DNA of 60,254 nucleotides, filler included, from Dugesia japonica (Eukaryota): NCBI GenBank assembly GCA_001938525.1. It is 6 parts of 6 records of this genome, joined end to end, with 100 filler letters (N's around TTAATTAATTAA, not from the genome) between each part and the next. Parts side by side here need not be neighbours in the genome. Positions count along the whole stretch, not along the records: positions 49,048 to 60,254 come from MQRL01619888.1; 5 more parts are not named here. One strand, 5' to 3'. Shown piece by piece: positions 51,956 to 60,254 of this stretch (position 1 is its first letter; each line of letters starts with the position of its first letter). The notes under the pieces were generated by a model. It saw only the letters and a program-made list of their open reading frames with translations, ran no database searches and was not told where the DNA came from. The position numbers and the translations under genes were made by a program.

Positions 51956-52703
51956 TTTAGTTTGGAAAAAAGACAAGGTAATTTTTAATAATAAACTTTT
52001 CCCTAGTAATTATCGATTGTTGATAATTGGATGTTCTGGTTGTGGAAAAAATGTTCTCTTAACACAAATGTTACTTACACCAGGTTTTCTTGATTATAAC
52101 AATCTTGTATTTTATTCAACTACAATTAATCAATTTGAAGTACAATTAATATGTAATGGATTTTTAAATGGTTTAACAAAACAAGAAATTTTATTAATGT
52201 TTGAGAGGCAAGCGATTGTACCAAATTATTGTGACACCCCAACAGAAGTTGTAGATTCTTTTATTCAAAAGAAATTTGTAATAAAAAGATCACAAACAAT
52301 AGAAATGATTCTTAATAGCGATCTAGTAAAAATTACCCGCTGTGAAAAATTAGAAAAGAATAAAAACAATCTTGTAATTTTTGATGATGTGGTAAATGAA
52401 AGAAATCAAAAAATTCAAAAAAGTTATTTCCCTCGAGGTCGACATTCGAACTGTAATGTAATTTATATTTCTCAAACATATTTTCACCTTGATAAAAATT
52501 CAATAAGAAATAACAGCATCTGTTTTATATTTTTTCGATTAAATAAAAGAGATCGCGATAGTGTTTATAGTGATTTATTTTTTTGTGGATTTCGTAATAA
52601 AGATGAATATGATTATGAAGTAAATTTTCACTGGAATAAACCTTATACATATGTTTATTTAAACCAATTAACAAATGAAGTGATAACTGATCTTTTTTCT
52701 TAG
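51948..52703 (+). CDS. A32/FtsK-like genome-packaging ATPase
   Basis: Walker A LLIIGCSGCGKN, Walker B LVIFDD, RGRHSNCNVIYISQ, SIRNN. Confidence 0.93.
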   Translation: MSNLVWKKDKVIFNNKLFPSNYRLLIIGCSGCGKNVLLTQMLLTPGFLDYNNLVFYSTTINQFEVQLICNGFLNGLTKQEILLMFERQAIVPNYCDTPTEVVDSFIQKKFVIKRSQTIEMILNSDLVKITRCEKLEKNKNNLVIFDDVVNERNQKIQKSYFPRGRHSNCNVIYISQTYFHLDKNSIRNNSICFIFFRLNKRDRDSVYSDLFFCGFRNKDEYDYEVNFHWNKPYTYVYLNQLTNEVITDLFS

Positions 52704-52707
52704 AAAA

Positions 52708-53224
52708 ATGGCGAGCTCAAATATTACAGAAGAAGAATTAAGAAAATTAGTAAATTCTTATCTTAGTAGATCAGTTAAAATTGATGGTAAAAATTATTGG
52801 ATTGGTAAAAAAGCAAAAGAAGAAATTAAAAAATATCAAAAAAAACATGGGGGTTTAATTTTCTTAGCAGCTATACCAGCAATAGTTGCAGCCGCTGGTG
52901 GTGTTGCAGCAGTCGCAGGTGCAGCAAGTGCAATTGCATCCACCGTAAGTAATTCAAGAGAAGCATATAAAAATCAACTGGAAATTGAAAAGTTGCAACG
53001 AGAAGTGCCAGTAGAACTGTAACACCAAAACAGGGGAAGCAATTTATAAATATTTAAAAAGTTAAAATTTAAAACCATCGAAAGAATCAAAAAAAGTAGG
53101 GAGTATAATTTTAAAACTTCCTAAAGACTACCACAATATAGTTCGAAATGATGAGCAAGGTGATGGAATATATTTAAATCCTTATAAACATCATGGAGAA
53201 GGAATATATTTAAATCCTTATTAA
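52708..53224 (+). CDS. Adenovirus pX-like / amphipathic core protein; the C-terminal part (frameshifted) carries two G-x-G-IYLNPY motifs
   Basis: KKHGG|LIFLAAIPAIVAAAGGVAAVAGAASAIA. The region 53156-53224 reads QGDGIYLNPYKHHGEGIYLNPY*. Confidence 0.7.
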
Positions 53225-53225
53225 A

Positions 53226-54108
53226 ATGGCTAGCATAAGTTTCGGAGATAAAAGTGAAATAAATAAAAGAATTAAAATTATTAATTATAGCTGAAGAAAA
53301 ATATAATGAATATTTTACAAGTAAAGTTTTACAATCTAAAAATTTACAATCTTCATTTGCATTTCAACAACAACCATTAATTTCTGCATTACAACAAACA
53401 GTACAACAACAATTACAACCATTAGTTCCACAAACAACAGAAACAAAACCAGAAATAAAATCATAAGAAATAAAATTTCTTCAACCAATACAGCAAATAG
53501 TTCAACCAAAAATAGAACCAGAAATAAAATTTGAAAATTTAAAGCCCATGATTATAAAAGATGATGAAATTGAAATTAATAAAAAAATTTTATCCTCCAC
53601 AACAACACCAGAAATTATTTATGAAAATATAAATGAAAAACTTTTCCCAACTATTATAATTAATACTAAAAAAATATATTTAGTTAGAAAAGATGATGTC
53701 TCTTATTTTTATACAGAAAATAAACTTATTCCTTATAAAGACAATATATTCCATTTAATTTTGGGGCATGGGGAAGAACTGGGTTTTTTACATGAAGAAG
53801 ATATAATTACTTATTTAAAAAAATTAAATATTAAACATCGAAAGAATGGAAAATATAGTAGAATATTGAAATCAAAAGTAAAATCAAAATCAGTAGAATT
53901 CTTAGGCCCTGAAACAAATAAAAAAAATAACATTCGAGGGAGATGGAATAGATTTATTTGAAAAATTAATAGTTTTAATTTCAGCTAAAAAAGCAGGACA
54001 ATATGAAAATACTGACAAAGAGATAAAATCAATCTGTAGAAAATTAAGAGCAGAAAAATTAATTTCTAATGAAAAATATAATCATTATCTTAAAAAATAT
54101 ACTAAATA
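53226..54108 (+). CDS. Conserved uncharacterised Polinton protein (Q/P-rich linker; C-terminal LFEKL.VLISAKKAG..EIKSIC..L), fragmented
   Basis: Homologous to 2500-3280 on the minus strand. The C-terminal motif resembles the 'L..RL.LL.A...AG....EI..I...L' domain I recall from Polintons. Confidence 0.65.
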
Positions 54109-54110
54109 AA

Positions 54111-54785
54111 TTGTCTCATCAATTTTTAGTTACTGGTAAAGGTCCTAATTTAGAAATTAATTTAAATCACCCATTAGAATTAATGGGAGAATNNNAACTT
54201 GGATTAATTTGTTTTTCTTGTTATAATATTATTTTTAATATACAAAAAGAAAATTGTAATTTTATTTATAATGGTGAAAATAAAAAAATTTAACCCGGAG
54301 CTTATGAAGTTAAACAAATTGCTGAAAAATTAAAAGACCTAGGAATAATTATTATTGCAGATCTCTCAACAGCAAGATGTTCACTTGAAATAACTAACAA
54401 TTTAAAATTTGATCATAAATCTTTCTTTTGTAAACTTTTAGGTTTTACAACAAAAGAATATACTCCAGGAAAAAAATATTTTTCTGAAGAGAAAATAAAC
54501 ATTAGTAATAATATAAATATGATAAACATTACTTATAATTTAATTAGGGGAAATTATATAAATAATCAACCAACCAATTTTTTATATTCATTTCCAGTAA
54601 ATAGTGTAAGGTTTGGATTTAAAATTATAGAAAAACCTTCCCAACCAATTTANNNNNNNNNNNNNNNNNNNNNNNNNNNNNNNNNNNNNNNNNAAGTTGT
54701 TGATGAAAATTTTAAACCTATAGATTTTAATAATGAAACAATGTCATTATTAGTTCATTTAAGAAAATGTCGGATATTGAAATAA
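54111..54785 (+). CDS. Penton / minor capsid protein (single jelly roll), disrupted
   Basis: Motifs LEINLNHPLEL, CYNIIFNI, PGAYE, LLGF, INITYNLIRGNYINN..LYSF, GFKIIEKP, VVDENFKPIDFNNETMSLLVHL. Confidence 0.88.
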
Positions 54786-55201
54786 CTGTTTTAGATTTTC
54801 TAAAAACATTTGGAATTACAACAACTACAAATTTTGATCTTTATTCAAATGCAAACCTTTTAAAAATACCATTAGAAATTTACATGAAAAATGAGTTGCC
54901 AGATAATTTTGAAAATAACATGAATTATATTTTTAATTATCAAAATTCAAATCAAAATGGAAGTCATTTGGTTGCAATGAAGAATAAACATTATTTTGAC
55001 TCTTTTGGTTTAAAACCATTTTACGAAGATCTTGAGAATCATGTTATAAAATTTAATGAAATTCAGGTTCAACCTTTTGAAACAAGAATTTGTGGAGTAC
55101 TTTGTATTTATTTTCTCTATAGCTTTCCNNAAAAATCTTTTGATGATATTATTGCTGAAATAAATGAACATATTTGGAGAAAGCTCACAAATGATGAATG
55201 A
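54767..55201 (+). CDS. Adenain-like maturation cysteine protease
   Basis: Catalytic H (GSHLVA), D (YFDSFG), Q and C (QVQPFETRICG). Confidence 0.92.
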   Translation: MSDIEITVLDFLKTFGITTTTNFDLYSNANLLKIPLEIYMKNELPDNFENNMNYIFNYQNSNQNGSHLVAMKNKHYFDSFGLKPFYEDLENHVIKFNEIQVQPFETRICGVLCIYFLYSFXXKSFDDIIAEINEHIWRKLTNDE

Positions 55202-56090
55202 TGCTGAAATCTCAAATCAAATTTCCAGTAAACTAGGAATACAAGAATCAACCAATGAAATCAGATTTGTAAATGAGTCTGGTGACACCGTTAAATTTCT
55301 TAAAATTATATATGCTCCCAAAGATGAACTTGATGCTGTAAATTTAAAATTCCTTAAAAGTCGTGATGTAGAACTTTATAAAAATCAAATTGTAAAATTA
55401 GAAAGTAAATTAAAAACTATTAAAATTACTAATGATCCTGAAACGGGACTCGATGTTGTAAATTATAAATTTCTCAAAAAATTTATTTACAAGTTTGTTT
55501 CTGAAATAAAAGAAGAAATTGAAGTTTATAAAAATGAGTTTGTAAAAAGAGAAGAAATAGAATATTTAAAAAACCAAATTTCTATTTTTAAAAAAAATGA
55601 TCCTTTATTTTCTTTATTGTTGGAATTTAAAAAAATAAAAAATCTTCTTAAGCCAGAATATGCAAATAAAATTAATGAAGATATAGAAATATATAAAATA
55701 ACCAAGTCTCTTGGGGTATTAACAAATTTAAAGGAATTAATTAATAATTATTTACCATGGAATAATATAGAATTAGAATCGTCTGTGTTTTTTAAAATGT
55801 TTTTCTTCCATAAAGATAATAATAAATTTCTATATTATACAGAAGATAAAAATTACGCGCGGTTAGAAAAATTAATAATAAAAGGACGTTGGGAATATCT
55901 TGATGAAAAATTATATTTTTTTCTTAGCAATNCTTTAAAACTTTATTTTAAAGTTATTACATTCGTTAGTACAATGTGTATTTTTATTTCTGGATATACG
56001 AAAATACCTAAAATTATTATTATTCTTAATCTTTTTACTTCTGAAGAGATTATAGATTGTACTTATGAAAAACAGGAAAATTTAAAATAG
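55164..56090 (+). CDS. Putative fibre/spike-like protein (two P-x4-D(A/V)VN-x-KF repeats, coiled coil, beta-rich C-terminus)
   Basis: ESGDT..KIIYAPKDELDAVNLKF and KITNDPETGLDVVNYKF. Conserved in copy 2. The function is inferred. Confidence 0.6.
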   Translation: MNIFGESSQMMNDAEISNQISSKLGIQESTNEIRFVNESGDTVKFLKIIYAPKDELDAVNLKFLKSRDVELYKNQIVKLESKLKTIKITNDPETGLDVVNYKFLKKFIYKFVSEIKEEIEVYKNEFVKREEIEYLKNQISIFKKNDPLFSLLLEFKKIKNLLKPEYANKINEDIEIYKITKSLGVLTNLKELINNYLPWNNIELESSVFFKMFFFHKDNNKFLYYTEDKNYARLEKLIIKGRWEYLDEKLYFFLSNXLKLYFKVITFVSTMCIFISGYTKIPKIIIILNLFTSEEIIDCTYEKQENLK

Positions 56091-56274
56091 AAATAGACAC
56101 CTTTAAATTTTTAACTTCTAAATATGGTGCTAAAGTATCCATTGGAAAGAGAGTTTTAGCGGGTATTAATGTAAAAGATTTTCATTTAATTTTACCGGTT
56201 GTTATTTATATTAATAACCTTATTATTCTTAATTTATGTCTTGAAGATAAAAGAAAAAAAATATTTGATGAACT

Positions 56275-56865
56275 ATGAAAAATTTCCTATGTAAAATGGC
56301 AGACGAATCATTATATCCAGATTTAAAAAATTATCAGCAAGAAATAAATAATTATACACTTGAAGACCTAAAAAGTAAATTGTCATCCTTAAGAATTAAA
56401 GATTTTGAAAATGACTTATATTTCATAAATGATAAAATAAAACATTATCAAAAATTTTATGCAAAATGGGCCGCCACCGATGACGGAATAAAAGTTGCTC
56501 AAATTATAATTGGAACCGGCGTGGCTATTGTTTGTGTAATTTTCGCAACTCCACTTGGAATAGGAATTATTACAATTGGTCTTCCCATAATAACTGGAAT
56601 AGGATCTTCAATTCCAATCACTGGTGCTCTGAATTCTTCCTTAATTCAAAAGAAGAAAAAGAAGTATAGTAATTTAATTTTAAAATTAGAGGCTGTAAAA
56701 AATAAACTTTTTATATTTCAACAAAAGGCTTTGAATGATAATATTTTAACAGATGAGAAAATTTCTTCAAGTAAATCTATGATTCGAGAAGTTCGTGAAA
56801 TAATTTTAAAATCTAAAATTGAAAATCCAAATTATGAAAAAATTTTAACTAATTTGACAAAATAA
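56275..56865 (+). CDS. Membrane-active 'gasderminX'-type adintovirus protein (two-helix hydrophobic hairpin)
   Basis: SLYPDL, helical N-terminus, ~45-aa Gly-rich hydrophobic stretch, KKKKKY, KALNDNILTDE. The likely start is MADESLYP at 56296. Confidence 0.7.
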   Translation: MKNFLCKMADESLYPDLKNYQQEINNYTLEDLKSKLSSLRIKDFENDLYFINDKIKHYQKFYAKWAATDDGIKVAQIIIGTGVAIVCVIFATPLGIGIITIGLPIITGIGSSIPITGALNSSLIQKKKKKYSNLILKLEAVKNKLFIFQQKALNDNILTDEKISSSKSMIREVREIILKSKIENPNYEKILTNLTK

Positions 56866-59800
56866 TTTTCCCCATAATAAATCAAATCTTAAATGCCAGT
56901 CTTGACAATTTTTACAATAAAATTTTATGCCGTGGGGCCATTCTATAATTCCATTAAGTTCTAATAAATGTTTATCATTATATCCCGATATTGCAATTTT
57001 CTTTTGTGATACTAATTCTATTTGATGTTTGTAAGATTTTCTATAATTTATTCCATAAATCGCTTCTTGAGAATCTTTTAAAATTTTGTTATAAGCCTCC
57101 ATTTGTATGTTGTTAGATTTTGATTTTCCATTATGTTTAGCATTATAAGTTTCACTTCCATCTTCATTTTTATAATTAATTGCATAACCTTTTGATTTTA
57201 TAAAACAAGCTTCTGTAATTATACTATTAGGCGATTCGTCTTTCATTTGAAAAAGATCATTTCCTAATATACTTTCCAATTTTTCCAAATTTTCTCGCCG
57301 CTTGATTTCCACAAAGATTGAGTCAGTATCAGAATAGTGAATTTTATAATTTTCCGTTCCAATTAGTGGAGCCATCTGTTTATACACAAAATTATACATA
57401 ACCTCTTTTGCAATTTCTAAAATTGTAAACCCAATGAATGGAAATTTGTTATATTTTAAATTGGTTTGTTGCATGTGCATCACAGCTATATTAGGAGGAA
57501 ATGTTTTTGAATATTTATAATTTGGTCTTCCAACGAGTCTTTTAAAATCTTTATCACATGTAACAATTTCTATATTACAACGGTTTCGAATATCTTCAAG
57601 GGTTTTCCCATAAAATGAATTATTCAAACGTTTAAATAAATAATCACCAAATTCATCATCATTTCTTTTTGCTTCATTTCTCTTTTCAACATTAAAGAGA
57701 ATATAATCTCTCAACATTTTGTTAACATTTTACATTTATAATGAATTTTTCTCAACTTCATGCCAAGTTCTAAATAAAGATCTAATGTACTTCCAAAAAC
57801 AATGTAATTTTTTTTTATCTAAAGTGTTAAGTGTTAATTTAACATTATTTTTAGGGTGTTTTCTATTAAATTCCCTTTGATGTGGACTTAGCATTTCTTT
57901 TGTAATATTTATCCTATCTGGGGCTAGTGGATAATATCTCGTTTTTCATGAATTTCAGGTTGGTAATCTAAATCCACCTCATAGAGGAAATTATAATCAT
58001 CTGTTGCTATTTCATAAGTTAAATCCTCACATTCAATAAGTTCACCTTTTGGAAGGGGTCTTGTCATGCAAGCAGAATATAGAGAATTTTCATCAAGATA
58101 TTTTAAAAATGTTNCCTCAAAATAATCCTCTGGAATATTTTCTCTTCGTTCTATTATTTTCATTAAATCACCATATTCTACAATTGTTAATTTCTTGTTT
58201 GTGGAAATTTTTTTATTATAGGGAAAAACTTGCCTCTCACCACAACCTCTTGAGTAGCCTCCTCTAATTCCTCTTTCTATTTTAAAAAATATTGATAATG
58301 TTTCTGATTTTGCATATTTTAATTTAACTCCTGTAAATTTCATCCCTGCAGCCCATGAAGTCCTGGTGCTGAGTAACAATAACAAGGATCGATATCATAA
58401 TATTCTAAACAAGTAACTCTAAAACTTTCAAAAAAGTCTGTAAGAATTAAAACATCGAGCCTCATGTAATGTTTTGTATATTCCCACATGTTATTAAAAT
58501 TCTTAAAATCTTCAAAAAATTCATTATACTCCTTTTCAGTTATTTTTTCTGTTTTAATGTATTATGAAAATCCTCCATTCCTGGAATTCTATCTGATTTT
58601 AATAATCTAATTACTTCTTCCACATTTCCCCCTTTTATATACTCATATGGAAATATTATTTTTTNNNNNNNNNNNNNNNNNNNNNNNNNNNGAGGACATT
58701 TACCAGTTTTATTTAACATTGTCCCCATTTTTTCTATTGATGTTTGGTTCCACATTCTGCTAGAATCGAGGAATCTAATATTTTTAAATTCAAATGAAAT
58801 ATATACTTTATCATTCTGTGAAATTCTATTAGAAATATCCTTTGGATGTTTTTCTATTAATTCTCTAAAGAAAAGATGATTGTCATAACCAGAGCCATTG
58901 TGAAAGTAAAATGGAATAAATATTTTTTTATCTGCTCGTTGGATACATTTTTTATGTGCGAAGCCGCGGAATTCTCCAGATAATTTATCAAAATCATTTC
59001 CCCGATCATCATCTAAATATTTTTCACAATACCTACATTTATTTTGTATGTGGTGTGGAACATTTTTTTCTTCTGGGGGATTATCCATAATATCATTTAT
59101 TTTTTTATTTAATAATTCTAAATATTTTATAAAATTATTTAAAAGATTTTTTCCTCTGAAAGTATTTACATGTGTGGGAATTAAATCTTGATATAAACTT
59201 TCAAACCACACTTCTAAACATAATGGTTTTTGTTTATTATCAAAAGTGCAAGTGTATGTTTCAAAATCACCATATGCCGCAAATGGAACTGGATTTTTGA
59301 AATGATGATTTTTATAATAAAAGAATTTTTCTCTGCAAAATCTTGTTTTTATTGGTTTGTGATGAATGCATTCTTNNNNNNNNNNNNNNNNNNNNNNNNN
59401 NNNNNNNNNNNNNNNNNNNCAACCAATGCATAAATTATTTTTATTTTTATTACATAATTAACTATTTAAATCTCTACAAAGTACATAATGTCCATTATAA
59501 AATAATAAATTACATTTATTTTCTTCTTGGTCTGGTTTGCATGAAAAATGAGAAGTATAAAGTGGAGTAAGATTTTTTTCATTTATAATTTCAAAAACAT
59601 TTATTTTCCAATTATTTCTTCTCTCAAAACATTTTACATCTTCTACTCTCATTGGAAACCTAAAACTTCCATAATTTAACTCACTAAGAAATTATTGATA
59701 CCCAGCTTGTCTTGGATTTTCTAATCTATGTTTATGTTCTAGGATTGAGTAAAGGAAACATTTATCATCATCATTTTTTATATTAACAACTCCAATTTTT

Positions 59801-60254
59801 TTAAATGGTAATTTTACATATGAAGAACCCCCAGCTAAGGAATCATAAGCATNTAATTCAATTGAATAACTAAGTATATATTGTAGTGTCNAACCACTCC
59901 CTACTCTAGCTTCATCTTCTAAATATCTTTGGAGGTCTGCTAATTGTAATAAAACAGCTTCTCTAATTTTCATTTTTTCTGTTATTTTTTCAACTTGCAC
60001 GTAAGATTTAAAATTTTCTTCATCATCTTTGAGGTATTTATATATTTACCTGTGGCAGATAATCTAAGATTTGCTTTCTTTTCATGTTCAAAAAATGTCT
60101 CTACAATTTCTATTATTTCATCAATATATTGACTAAGCACTTTTTCTTCAAGTTCAGAAATATCCATCTTCACTTTAATTCTACTGTTTTTAAAATGTTT
60201 AATTTCATATTCAGGATATTTACGTTTAAATAATCTATTAAGATTCCGATCCAT
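56845..60254 (-). CDS. polB: Protein-primed family B DNA polymerase, split over several ORFs by frameshifts and gaps
   Basis: Motifs GSG..L, VVNIKNDDDKCFLYSI, NLLFYNGHY, FYFHNGSGYD (ExoII), IRFLDS, FPYEY, GIRGG, YLDENSLY (A), KRLNNSFYGKT (B), YSDTDSIF (C), KSKGYA. Confidence 0.96.

Larger units (their letters stand above)
49048..60254. mobile_element. Polinton/Maverick endogenous virus (adintovirus type), both termini missing
   Basis: Tightly packed intronless genes: MCP, PLA2-integrase, ATPase, pX-like, penton, adenain, fibre-like and membrane protein on +; PolB convergent on -. Confidence 0.97.

Overview
This is a very AT-rich eukaryotic window, probably from an animal: it has short GT-AG introns and an LRRC9 gene. 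It is not one locus. Five identical 100-bp artificial spacers (N44-TTAATTAATTAA-N44) split it into six independent scaffolds (1-10043, 10144-18560, 18661-28168, 28269-37475, 37576-48947, 49048-60254). The last scaffold is almost entirely an endogenous Polinton/Maverick virus of the adintovirus type. It encodes a major capsid protein, a ZnF-PLA2-integrase fusion, a packaging ATPase, a pX-like core protein, a penton, an adenain protease, a fibre-like protein, a 'gasderminX'-like membrane protein and a protein-primed PolB. A diverged syntenic copy lies at 250-3280. A third PolB relic (10144-11510) is cut by a Buster/SPIN-type hAT transposon. Several scaffolds carry ends of a repeat family with the terminal consensus AGTAG-NN-RGATA-N5-GCAC; three of these ends have modular ~315-bp internal repeats, and they may be Polinton-type TIRs. 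The only clearly intact host gene is LRRC9 (an ATG-only first coding exon plus one 4.1-kb exon). The rest is a DUSP22/15-like pseudogene, two Ty3/gypsy relics, two mariner relics, Merlin and Tigger/pogo relics, and mini/microsatellites. All family assignments come from motif recognition by eye; no database search was run.
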